Part shown: piece after piece, positions 39,885 to 51,500 of the stretch
Layout: the number at the start of each line of letters is the position of its first letter
Numbering within the stretch: position 1 is the first letter of the stretch
Assembly: GCA_964016885.1 (NCBI GenBank)
Contig: OZ024750.1
Span: forward strand, 36,952,001 to 37,016,000
Length of the DNA stretch: 64,000 bases
DNA from: Eledone cirrhosa
Taxonomy: Eukaryota
Direction: 5' to 3'
Position numbers and translations under genes: made by a program
The notes under the pieces: generated by a model
The model's input: only the letters and a program-made list of their open reading frames with translations
The model's database searches: none
Told to the model about the DNA's origin: nothing

Positions 39885-40262
39885 TGCAAGGGAGGCTGGG
39901 TGCTTTTTTGCCGTGGCACCCCCACAACCACTTTGCAGTGGGAGGGTGTGGGGGCATATTGTCTATATGCTTCAGCTTGTACCCATGGGAGGTCAGGTAC
40001 TCTGTATTATTGCGTGACGCCAGAGGTCACGGTCGTGTGTCATCGCCTTTGAGAGGTCTAATTGGGTAAGGTCAGCTTTTATCATCTCATCCCAGGTCTT
40101 CTTGGGTCTCCCCACTCCGCGGTTTCCACCTTTTTATGCAGCTGTCATCCTTCATACGCATCACATGTCCATACCAACGCAACCGCCTCTCCTGCACACA
40201 GCATTTGATTCCTCTTATGCTCAGTCTCTCTCTCAATTCATTTATGCTTTGTCGTTCGCGTA
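39885..40262 (-). mobile_element. RTE 3' fragment nested in the Helitron 5' region
   Basis: [31 protein letters not shown] plus UTR homologous to 20350-20510. The 5' end lies at (TA)n. Confidence 0.85.
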
Positions 40263-40793
40263 TATATATATATATTAAAATAACAGAGTAAAGTTTAAGC
40301 AAATAATCGCTGCTTTCACCCTTAATGGGATCTTCTGAAACTAGAAAAATCAATCTGTGAATGCAGAAGTAAATATTTTGAAAAACGTTGCAACCGAAGG
40401 AAAACAGGAAGACGATACTTTGGTACGTGAAGACATTCCCGGGCAATGAACGGAAAATAGCAAAGATAATACGTCAGCAATGAGAACAATGTTTGTCATA
40501 ATGTCGTAATGCAGACAGCCAGACATACAGACATATTATAAGGGCGCGACGTTATAGCTATGTATCTATCTAAAAAGACAGACTAAGAAAGAGAGAGAGA
40601 GAGATAATCGCCACCCAACACCCCTTTAACAACAGAAAATTGAAAAATAAAAGCTGCAGTTAATATCTTTAGACCGCAAGGAATATATAAATGCAAGTTT
40701 GAAGTCAATCGGAGTAGAAATGTGGATTTGTATAGACTTTTCAAAAATTAGGACACACACACACACAATTTCAGTTTTATATATATGTATAGA

Positions 40794-41060
40794 TGATGTG
40801 TTATTTCCTTGAGCAAGACACTTTATTTCACATTGCTCCAGTTTACTCAGCTGTAGAAATGAGATGATAGGGACAGGGGTGTCTATCATTCCACAATAAC
40901 GTGGTCGTGGAGGTGCCACGGCAAAAAAACACCCAGCACTCACTGTAAATGAGGTTAGTGTTAGGAAGGGCATCCAGTTGTAGAAATCAAGCCAGAATCA
41001 GTTCCCGCCCCACCCTTGCAAGCAAGGAAAAGCGGACGTAAAATGAAATGATGATGATGA
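40794..41060 (+). mobile_element. SINE S2, 5'-truncated
   Basis: CORE plus RTE-type tail. Confidence 0.88.
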
Positions 41061-41618
41061 ATGATGAGCAGTTATAAAAATTCTTTAATTTCTCTCAACT
41101 AATTTAGAAATAAAAAGAGCTAAAGTAGAAACATATTAGGAATGTTTACATGAAATGTTGCTCTATGAACACATATATAAATCCAAGGATATTTATTTTT
41201 AATGGTGTGAATGTAATGAGCAAAAATGATGCATAATTACTGAAAATTTTCCCATTTAAACTGCAATAGATTGCATCAGAGAATAGCACTATCTGAGAGT
41301 ACATTTACTAAGCTGTACTAGTGAATGTGTTTCATCTCCAGCTGTTTCTAATTACATATAAACACATTCTAATAGCATTAATCATGTTTACTAAACATTT
41401 TAATGTATGTATACACACACAAACATGTGTGACATGGAATATATTTTAAAAGGTTCAGTTAGTCAGGATATATAGATGGGTGGCTGGATGAAAATAAAGA
41501 TAGATGAAGGTAAGGAGGGAGTGAGAAGTAGATAGATGAGTTGATGAATATATGATAGATGGAGAGACAGACAAATGTAGGTAGGTAGATAAATAGACAG
41601 ATGGATAAGTAGATATCT

Positions 41619-42480
41619 GTCTTTATTTGCCACAAGGGTGTACAAAAAATGGGACATTACAAGACGTGACAGTGGGGGTTTTACATAAAATCATATAACT
41701 TTAACATTAATAAATAACAATAAACTATATATAAAATAAAATAATCGAAATCTCCAATAGGGGGGAACGTTACTGCGTGGTTGTTTTACACCCCGTAGAT
41801 AGAACAACCCTCAACACCAGGAGCATGTTTTATAAGTGTTCCCATCTTCCCTCTGTTTGTCTTCCTCAACCTACAGGTTTATATACAGTGAAGGCCCATT
41901 CATTTGGGCCATTTTCGCCACATTCACCCACTTTTCAGCGAATTTACTGGGGTGTAGCACCTCTCTCTCCACTCTCACCTTCCTTCTGAAGTGGTATTTA
42001 AAGAAGGGGATGAGTTATTGCCCAGAGAGGAAGGTGTTTGCCCTCAATCCTTTCAACCTCGTCCACCATATTACCTCTTTCGCCACCAGACAGAGTAAAA
42101 CCGCCTCTCTTTCATTCTTAAATGAAGGCGGCGAGGTGATCTTCACGATGGACTCAGCTGACAACTGATTGTGTCCCACATGTGACAGTAGCTGTTTGAC
42201 ATAATTCCACAGATTGGTCACCCCTGGGCACTGAATAATTGCGTGCAGAATAGTTCCAATGTCCTGCTTGCATCTTGGACAGGTCCTTTTGGCAGGATCC
42301 CTGCCAAGGCGTCCGTGCCTGTAGATTTTGTCTCGAACTGGTAGAGCTCCTTGGTAGTACTATCAGCCTAGAGACCTCTGGAATTTATCCATAGGCCATG
42401 GACAGAAGGTCTCCCCCAAACAGACTAGCCAGTTCGTCCTCTTTTTTTATCATCTACTAATCTTCTATAGAATGTCGACG
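41619..42480 (-). mobile_element. L1/Tx1-clade LINE 3' fragment
   Basis: ORF2 C-terminal zinc knuckle ALPVRDKI...CPRC....TILHAIIQC...LWNYV and KEVIWWTR. AATAAA at the 3' end. Flanks are (GATA/GACA)-like. Confidence 0.75.
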
Positions 42481-42642
42481 TGGAGTCTCCGCTGATTGCC
42501 GCGGTCAGTCGGTCGGTCTGGCAGACGGATACATAGATAACTAGCTAGATTTATAGGTAGATGATTGAGTGGGTTGTTGGAATGGAGACAGACAAATAGA
42601 GAAACAGATAATGAAGGGAGAAAAACATATGGATGAACATAT

Positions 42643-44226
42643 GGAGGCACATGGTTTTGTGGTTAGAGCATTGGGCTTGCAATCGAAAGGTTGTGAGTTA
42701 AATTCTCAGACCGGGTGATGTGTTGTTTCCTTGAGCAAGACACTTTATTTCACATTGTTCCAGTTTACTCAGCTGTAGAAAAGAGATGATAGGACTGGGG
42801 TCCCTATCATTCCACTGCAAAGTGGTCGTGGAGGTGCCATGGCAAAAAAGCACCCAGCACTCACTGTAAATGAGGTTGGTGTTAGGAAGGGCATCCAGCT
42901 GTAGAAATGAGATGATAGGACTGGGGTCTCTATCATTCCACTGCAGAGTGGTCATGGAGGTGCCATGACAAAAAAGCACCCAGCACTCACTGTAAATGAG
43001 GTTGGTGTTAGGAAGGGCATCCAGCTGTAGAAATGAGATGATAGGACTGGGGTCCCTATCATTCCACTGCAAAGTGGTCGTGGAGGTGCCATGGCAAAAA
43101 AGCACCCAGCACTCACTGTAAATGAGGTTGGTGTTAGGAAGGGCATCCAGCTGTAGAAAAGAGATGATAGGACTGGGGTCCCTATCATTCCACTGCAAAG
43201 TGGTCGTGGAGGTGCCATGGCAAAAAAGCACCCAGCACTCACTGTAAATGAGGTTGGTGTTAGGAAGGGCATCCAGCTGTAGAAATGAGATGATAGGACT
43301 GGGGTCCCTATCATTCCACTGCAAAGTGGTCGTGGAGGTGCCATGGCAAAAAAGCACCCAGCACTCACTGTAAATGAGGTTGGTGTTAGGAAGGGCATCC
43401 AGCTGTAGAAAAGAGATGATAGGACTGGGGTCCCTATCATTCCACTGCAAAGTGGTCGTGGAGGTGCCATGGCAAAAAAGCACCCAGCACTCACTGTAAA
43501 TGAGGTTGGTGTTAGGAAGGGCATCCAGCTGTAGAAATGAGATGATAGGACTGGGGTCCCTATCATTCCACTGCAAAGTGGTCGTGGAGGTGCCATGGCA
43601 AAAAAGCACCCAGCACTCACTGTAAATGAGGTTGGTGTTAGGAAGGGCATCCAGCTGTAGAAATGAGATGATAGGACTGGGGTCCCTATCATTCCACTGC
43701 AAAGTGGTCATGGAGGTGCCATGACAAAAAAAGCACCCAGCACTCACTGTAAATGAGGTTGGTGTTAGGAAGGGCATCCAGCTGTAGAAATGAGATGATA
43801 GGACTGGGGTCCCTATCATTCCACTGCAAAGTGGTCGTGGAGGTGCCATGGCAAAAAAGCACCCAGCACTCACTGTAAATGAGGTTGGTGTTAGGAAGGG
43901 CATCCAGCTGTAGAAATGAGATGATAGGACTGGGGTCTCTATCATTCCACTGCAGAGTGGTCATGGAGGTGCCATGACAAAAAAAGCACCCAGCACTCAC
44001 TGTAAATGAGGTTGGTGTTAGGAAGGGCATCCAGCTGTAGAAATGAGATGATAGGACTGGGGTCCCTATCATTCCACTGCAAAGTGGTCGTGGAGGTGCC
44101 ATGGCAAAAAAGCACCCAGCACTCACTGTAAATGAGGTTGGTGTTAGGAAGGGCATCCAGCTGTAGAAATCAAGCCAGAATCAGGGAAAAAGCGGACGTA
44201 AAATGATGATGATGTTGATGATGATG
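42643..44226 (+). mobile_element. Full-length SINE S2 with an internal 126-bp unit amplified about 11 times
   Basis: tRNA head at 42643, CORE, tandem units at 42773-44161, normal tail. GATGAACAT on both flanks. Confidence 0.92.
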
Positions 44227-44418
44227 AACATTTAAGAATTAAGTGACTTAGATGAAGTTAACTTTCCCACACATCTGAATATATTCATTTTTACAAATCT
44301 AAATGACCTTTTAGTATCATATGACCTTTTCACTTCTTAACATCAAAATATAAATTATTTACACAGTTTAACATTAAATAAATGTTATGAAATCTTTCTT
44401 ATCATTGGTTGGTCAAGA

Positions 44419-44638
44419 GTGGTGGTTTGGCAGAATTGTTAGAGTGTCAGACAAAATACTTTGCAGTATTTAGTTATAGTCCTTTACGTTCTGAGTTCAA
44501 ATCTCGCCGGGGTTAGCTTTGCCTTTCATCCTTATAGGGTCCATAAAATAAAAGTACCAGTAACACGCTGGATTCGATTTAGTCGACTTTCCCCTTCCAT
44601 TCAAATTGCTGGCCTTATGCCGAATGTAGAAACAATTG
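44419..44638 (+). mobile_element. SINE S1, older subfamily
   Basis: TGGCAGAATTGTTAGAG head, GAGTTCAAATC B box and GCCTTTCATCC body. Confidence 0.8.
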
Positions 44639-44813
44639 TTGGTTGGCCAGCAATAAAGCTTAACAGCAGTGTTCTTATGTACTCTTGGGTCCCAAAATAT
44701 AGGGGGTGGGCGGAATAAGCAGAGGGGGTTAGACATTTGCTTAAATTCTTATAAGCGGTGGGGTGCGGGGAATCGGTAATTGTGTACATTCGTAATATTC
44801 TTTTTTTGTCATA

Positions 44814-45270
44814 TCTATATATCTAAAACAGAGAATGTCTGTCTGTCTGACTCCCTAAAACTCGAGAACCACCCAACCGATTGTTTTCAAACTTTACACA
44901 TGTAATACTTATGGTCCTGTGAGTGTTTTGAGCAAAGAATATTTCAAATTTTCAATGCCCCAGGGACCGCATTAGGCGATTTAGCGATCTCTCTCTATAA
45001 TTCATAGTCTTTCTTTTTAGATAGATACATTATTCAGGACAACTACCAATAATGCACTGGGATCATTGCTGGAATTGTGCCAAAAGTAGAAATCTATATA
45101 TCTAAAACAGAGAATGTATGTCTGCCTGTTTGCCTGTCTCCCTAAAACTCGAGAACCACCCAACCGATCTTTTTCAAACTTTACACATGTAATACTTATA
45201 GTCGTGAGGGTGTTTTGAGGAAAACATGTTTCAAATTTTCAATGCTCTAGGGACCGCATTAGGCAAAAAA
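44814..45270 (+). mobile_element. Two tandem Helitron-type 5' ends (44814 and 45093)
   Basis: A^TCTATATATCTAAAACAGAGAATG heads with shared ~175-bp bodies. The first also shares TCTTTTTAGATAGATACA with the Helitron at about 40560-40610 (minus). Confidence 0.7.
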
Positions 45271-45276
45271 CCGCAA

Positions 45277-45734
45277 AAAGTTAGAATGTTATTGTTATTC
45301 AATCCGGAGCTTTGTAGTTATGCAAGTCCAAGCCATACACTAGGGGCAATCCGTCGTGTGGACTGTGTATTGAAGAACAAATTCTAAGGAGATTACGCAA
45401 TAGCGATTGCCTAAATTCAAGAAATGAAATCTTCTCACGTTGTCCCCATGTCTGGAAACACCTCTTGCATAACTACAAAGCTCCGGATTGAATAACAATA
45501 ACATTCTAACTTTCTTATCAACTTGAACATTTTATCCGACTTTTGCAGTTATCTCCCTTACACCTTTCGCCCGTGGCTTTGTATCGTTTGGGTGAAGTGA
45601 CCGTTTCTGCGTATGCATGTTCATACGGTTGTTCTTCCTGTTACATATAACCATGACCAGTACGAGCTGAGGATCCGCTAAGGTGAAACAATTGTTCTCG
45701 GTATGGTGTATTAACTGTTGTGTTAGTGTTACCA

Positions 45735-45737
<3 letters not shown>
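45277..45737 (+). mobile_element. Penelope-like element 3' end (family C) with inverted 5' duplication
   Basis: 45321-45491 encodes PYTRGNPSCGLCIEEQI...LNSRNEIFSRCPH, a PLE GIY-YIG C-terminal pattern. 50-bp inverted arms at 45277-45326 and 45464-45513. The tail abuts (TA)n. Confidence 0.82.
45663..45700 (+). ncRNA. Type I hammerhead ribozyme (family C)
   Basis: CGAG-CUGAGGA-UCC(GCUAA)GGU-GAA-ACAAUUGU-U^CUCG with a palindromic stem III. Confidence 0.8.
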
Positions 45738-45819
<82 letters not shown>

Positions 45820-45825
<6 letters not shown>

Positions 45826-46025
45826 ATACTTTGGGAGGGTCATGTTGCCAATAAGAAACACACGCACCAGTTGCTTTCACTTCAATTTATTATAATAAAT
45901 TGAAGTGAAAGCAACTGGTTAGTGTGTTTCTTATTGGCAACATGACCCTCCCAAAGTATAACAATATCGGTTTCAACACACGTTTTCAAATAAAGAATCT
46001 TGCTAAACAAATTCAGAAACGAAAT
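45820..46025 (+). mobile_element. Penelope family A tail with ~75-bp inverted duplication
   Basis: Palindrome centred near 45893 and matching 16700-16830. (TA)n on both sides. Confidence 0.82.
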
Positions 46026-46248
46026 ATATATATATATATACATATATCCTCACACACACATATATGGATGCATACATAAACATACCTGCCTGCACACGTA
46101 CACACACATTTATAAAACTCTATATATACATACTGAAGACTAGGTGCTTTTTGTCGTGTCACCAACACAACTTTACAGGGTAGACTGGATGCTTTTTGTT
46201 GTGTCACCAACACATTTTTAACTTCTTTTTCATATATATATATATATA

Positions 46249-46510
46249 TTTAGTGAATTGGTCACAGGGTTATTTACTTTGGTAAACACCACTGCAGGCC
46301 AACCACTAATTAAATTTGATACAGATATAATAAGGTTAACAGACTCGCTCGTGAGTAAACTGTCCGAGAGCCGGTCGCCAAAGCTAAGATGTCTCTTTTC
46401 TCCCTCTTTTATGATCCCTAGACCGGAAGCTCAAGGAATCTTCTAGAATTCAACGGGAAGTAACTCCAATTAGTTTATTCTCCCCGGGCAAGGTGGCGCT
46501 AGTCGCTACA
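46249..46510 (-). mobile_element. Possible solo LTR in (TA)n
   Basis: On the minus strand it begins TGTAGCG and ends CACTAAA, one mismatch from an inverted CTACA. Unique internal sequence. Confidence 0.4.
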
Positions 46511-46528
46511 TATTTATATATATATATA

Positions 46529-46688
46529 TCATCATCATCATCATCGTTTAACGTCCATGTTCCACGCTTGCATGGGTTTGGACGGGAGTTTTTCCACTTG
46601 AGGCAAGAGTGGTTGTCTTGCTCGCATAGGACTGGCTGACGGGTTTTCTACAGCTGGATGCCCTTCCTAACACCAACCACATTTACAG

Positions 46689-46689
<1 letters not shown>
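46529..46689 (-). mobile_element. RTE 3' tail stub between (TA)n blocks
   Basis: (CAT)n-CGTTTAACGTCC...CCAACCACATTTACAG. Confidence 0.85.
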
Positions 46690-46719
<30 letters not shown>

Positions 46720-46729
46720 ATGTATGTAA

Positions 46730-46885
46730 AAAGTAAACAGAAATAACAACACAATTGATCTAGCTGTCAAAACGGCTTGAACTCTGCCGTCGGGGGTCCT
46801 GAATCTTTTCATATTACCCACTCTACTATCTCAAGTATTGAGTACTCTGGTTGGTTATGGTCTAGCTGGTTTTTACTACACCCTA

Positions 46886-46889
<4 letters not shown>
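46730..46889 (+). mobile_element. Penelope-like family B tail, diverged
   Basis: AAAACGGCTTGAACTCTGCCGTCGGGGGTCC and TATTACCCACTCTACT...GTATTGAGTAC, homologous to 28000-28130. Confidence 0.65.
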
Positions 46890-46950
<61 letters not shown>

Positions 46951-46953
<3 letters not shown>

Positions 46954-47486
46954 AGATAAGCAGAACAAGTAAAATTCAACTAATTTTTCAAAATAAATCA
47001 AAATTAATATACAATTAAAATTAATCAAAATTAAAAAATATAATATAAATATTTACCTATTCAAATGGCCCTAACTGTACAGTTTCACGGTGCAAAACAT
47101 TAAATATCACCAGGATATTAATGGAAAAGCAACGATCATCAGAGAAGCATTTTCCTGTCCTAGGGTTAAAAACCCCAGGAACGACAAAATATATGACCTC
47201 ACTCCAACTACTACAGGTCTAAAAGGTCGTGAAAGTGACCCGTAAATACATTGGTGTATAGTGAAGGCGGGAAATCGTAGACTCGCCGTCTATAGCTCGC
47301 CGCTAAAAAAAGATTTTTAGTAACTAAATATAACGACAAATTTGTATCTCTACATACTGGAGATTATTGAAAAAGGTTAATATATATACAATGTACCCCC
47401 GGAAATATATAGTGTGTCTATGATTTAAGGTGGTTCTATGGTAATAATTTGATATACCAGAACATAATATCAAGATAAGCAGAACA
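46951..47486 (-). mobile_element. Hammerhead-bearing non-coding retroelement (family D), terminally redundant
   Basis: TCAAGATAAGCAGAACA at 46951-46967 and 47470-47486 (period 519). (TA)n on both sides. No ORF in the track. Confidence 0.75.
47063..47152 (-). ncRNA. Type I hammerhead ribozyme (family D) with extended stem II
   Basis: AAAUGCUUCU-CUGAUGA-UCGUUGC..hairpin..GCACCGU-GAA-ACUGUACAGU-U^AGGGCCAUUU. Confidence 0.82.
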
Positions 47487-47742
47487 TATATATATATATA
47501 TATATATAGAGGTCTTGCTGAATCATATAAAAAGGTGTATTTAATGTTCTGAAATTTGGTAGAAAGACATGGTAGAAGTTATTGTTGTTTGGATATACTA
47601 AAATGATGAGAGACAGCAATGTAGAGTGATGTTATGTAATGTAATGTGATATGATATGTTGAATATACCGAAGTATAGCATTGTTAAATAGATGTATTCA
47701 ATGGAAAATTGTTAAATTAAGAGGTTTAGCTTTGAAACTTAA

Positions 47743-47952
47743 TCCTTTAGTATTCACATTACTCTATATATGCTATTATATTTTCATGGTAAAGGCTTTA
47801 CCTCACATAATTATCTCACATAATATCGAATCTATGAGATTTTGAAAGTATTTATTCTGAGAACAATACCTTAACATCAGTTTGAGTGACCAATTACAGC
47901 CAGTTTCAACAGAAAGTGGTAGAGAATTCTGGCCAGTTTGAACACTAAAGGG
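47743..47952. mobile_element. piggyBac-type MITE
   Basis: TTAA on both sides with TIRs (T)CCTTTAG / CTAAAGGG. Relatives at 58820-58870, 59530-59691 and 59785-60267. Confidence 0.8.
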
Positions 47953-48155
47953 TTAATTAGAATGTCAAAACTGCAGTAGGAATAATCATTGTTAGCTTCA
48001 TAGATTGCATGAATATATGTCAAATATATGTCTAGTAGAAACAAGTTATTGAATGCTGAAATACAAAAGTAAATTTATTATTCTCTGTGTATGACACAAT
48101 AAAATCATCAGCTCCACATTTCTCATGATTCAACTTTATCACATATATTACATAA

Positions 48156-48353
48156 GGGCAGTGAATTGGCAGTATCGGTGGAGGGTCAGACATGCTTTCT
48201 AGCGTAGTTACGTCCCTTTACGATCTGAGTTCAAATCCCGCCGAAGTTAACTTTGCCTTTCATCCTTACGGGGGGGGGGGGGGGGGGCGATAAAATAAAG
48301 TACCAGTAATGTACTGGGTAATTGCTGGCCTTGTGCCTAAAGTAGAAACAATT
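48156..48353 (+). mobile_element. SINE S1 with an expanded poly-G run
   Basis: S1 consensus with flanking TTATCACATATATTACA duplication. Confidence 0.88.
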
Positions 48354-48573
48354 ATCACATATATTACAGCACACAGCTTCTACAGCTTTAGTTATTTTGA
48401 AATGTCTTTATAATATCATAACTATAAACATGTGTATGCAGGTTTAGATTTAGACCTCTCGGGCCCTGGGGCACTACAGGAGTTTTTTTTTTGGGGGGGG
48501 GGGGCATACACACACGAAAATTGCTTTACAATTATATAAATTGTATCAATATAACATTCTTGTAAGAGTTTTC

Positions 48574-51500
48574 AATATTGTAATAGTATATTGTAATAGT
48601 ATATTGTAATAGTATATTGTAATAGTATATTGTGATAGTATATTGTGATAGTATATTGTGATAGTATATTGTAATAGTATATTGTGATAGTATATTGTAA
48701 TAGTATATTGTAATAGTATATTGTGATAGTATATTGTAATAGTATATTGTGATAGTATATTGTGATAGTATATTGTGATAGTATATTGTGATAGTATATT
48801 GTAATAGTATATTGTGATAGTATATTGTAATAGTATATTGTGATAGTATATTGTAATAGTATATTGTAATAGTATATTGTAATAGTATATTGTGATAGTA
48901 TATTGTGATAGTATATTGTGATAGTATATTGTAATAGTATATTGTGATAGTATATTGTAATAGTATATTGTGATAGTATATTGTAATAGTATATTGTGAT
49001 AGTATATTGTAATAGTATATTGTGATAGTATATTGTGATAGTATATTGTGATAGTATATTGTAATAGTATATTGTGATAGTATATTGTAATAGTATATTG
49101 TGATAGTATATTGTAATAGTATATTGTGATAGTATATTGTGATAGTATATTGTAATAGTATATTGTGATAGTATATTGTAATAGTATATTGTGATAGTAT
49201 ATTGTGATAGTATATTGTAATAGTATATTGTGATAGTATATTGTGATAGTATATTGTGATAGTATATTGTGATAGTATATTGTGATAGTATATTGTGATA
49301 GTATATTGTGATAGTATATTGTGATAGTATATTGTGATAGTATATTGTGATAGTATATTGTAATAGTATATTGTGATAGTATATTGTAATAGTATATTGT
49401 GATAGTATATTGTAATAGTATATTGTGATAGTATATTGTAATAGTATATTGTGATAGTATATTGTAATAGTATATTGTGATAGTATATTGTAATAGTATA
49501 TTGTGATAGTATATTGTAATAGTATATTGTGATAGTATATTGTAATAGTATATTGTGATAGTATATTGTGATAGTATATTGTGATAGTATATTGTAATAG
49601 TATATTGTGATAGTATATTGTAATAGTATATTGTGATAGTATATTGTAATAGTATATTGTGATAGTATATTGTGATAGTATATTGTGATAGTATATTGTG
49701 ATAGTATATTGTGATAGTATATTGTGATAGTATATTGTAATAGTATATTGTGATAGTATATTGTAATAGTATATTGTGATAGTATATTGTAATAGTATAT
49801 TGTGATAGTATATTGTAATAGTATATTGTGATAGTATATTGTAATAGTATATTGTGATAGTATATTGTAATAGTATATTGTGATAGTATATTGTAATAGT
49901 ATATTGTGATAGTATATTGTAATAGTATATTGTGATAGTATATTGTGATAGTATATTGTGATAGTATATTGTAATAGTATATTGTGATAGTATATTGTAA
50001 TAGTATATTGTGATAGTATATTGTAATAGTATATTGTGATAGTATATTGTGATAGTATATTGTAATAGTATATTGTGATAGTATATTGTAATAGTATATT
50101 GTGATAGTATATTGTGATAGTATATTGTAATAGTATATTGTGATAGTATATTGTGATAGTATATTGTAATAGTATATTGTGATAGTATATTGTAATAGTA
50201 TATTGTGATAGTATATTGTGATAGTATATTGTAATAGTATATTGTGATAGTATATTGTGATAGTATATTGTAATAGTATATTGTGATAGTATATTGTGAT
50301 AGTATATTGTAATAGTATATTGTGATAGTATATTGTAATAGTATATTGTGATAGTATATTGTGATAGTATATTGTAATAGTATATTGTGATAGTATATTG
50401 TGATAGTATATTGTGATAGTATATTGTGATAGTATATTGTAATAGTATATTGTAATAGTATATTGTGATAGTATATTGTAATAGTATATTGTGATAGTAT
50501 ATTGTGATAGTATATTGTAATAGTATATTGTAATAGTATATTGTGATAGTATATTGTGATAGTATATTGTGATAGTATATTGTAATAGTATATTGTAATA
50601 GTATATTGTGATAGTATATTGTGATAGTATATTGTGATAGTATATTGTAATAGTATATTGTAATAGTATATTGTGATAGTATATTGTAATAGTATATTGT
50701 GATAGTATATTGTAATAGTATATTGTGATAGTATATTGTGATAGTATATTGTGATAGTATATTGTGATAGTATATTGTAATAGTATATTGTGATAGTATA
50801 TTGTGATAGTATATTGTAATAGTATATTGTGATAGTATATTGTAATAGTATATTGTGATAGTATATTGTAATAGTATATTGTGATAGTATATTGTAATAG
50901 TATATTGTGATAGTATATTGTAATAGTATATTGTGATAGTATATTGTAATAGTATATTGTAATAGTATATTGAGATAGTATATTGTAATAGTATATTGTG
51001 ATAGTATATTGTAATAGTATATTGTGATAGTATATTGTAATAGTATATTGTGATAGTATATTGTAATAGTATATTGTGATAGTATATTGTGATAGTATAT
51101 TGTGATAGTATATTGTAATAGTATATTGTGATAGTATATTGTAATAGTATATTGTGATAGTATATCGTAATAGTATATTGTGATAGTATATTGTGATAAT
51201 ATATTGTGATAGTATATTGTGATAGTATATTGTGATAGTATATTGTGATAGTATATTGTAATAGTATATTGTGATAGTATATTGTAATAGTATATTGTGA
51301 TAGTATATTGTAATAGTATATTGTGATAGTATATTGTAATAGTATATTGTGATAGTATATTGTAATAGTATATTGTGATAGTATATTGTAATAGTATATT
51401 GTGATAGTATATTGTAATAGTATATTGTGATAGTATATTGTAATAGTATATTGTGATAGTATATTGTGATAGTATATTGTAATAGTATATTGTGATAGTA

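Larger units (their letters stand above)
35850..40793 (-). mobile_element. Helitron, non-autonomous (Rep domain deleted, PIF1 helicase frameshifted)
   Basis: 5' A^TC TATACATATATATAAAACTG at 40793. 3' hairpin CCCG..CGGG (35862-35877) then CTAG^T at 35850. RepHel fragments lie inside. That both ends belong to one copy is inferred. Confidence 0.88.

Noticed and set aside
42643-42715. tRNA gene, and other A/B-box hits
   Set aside because: These are SINE heads with no complete cloverleaf.
42698-44156. 415-, 246- and 155-aa repeat ORFs
   Set aside because: Antisense readings of a 126-bp SINE-internal tandem with frameshifts between units.
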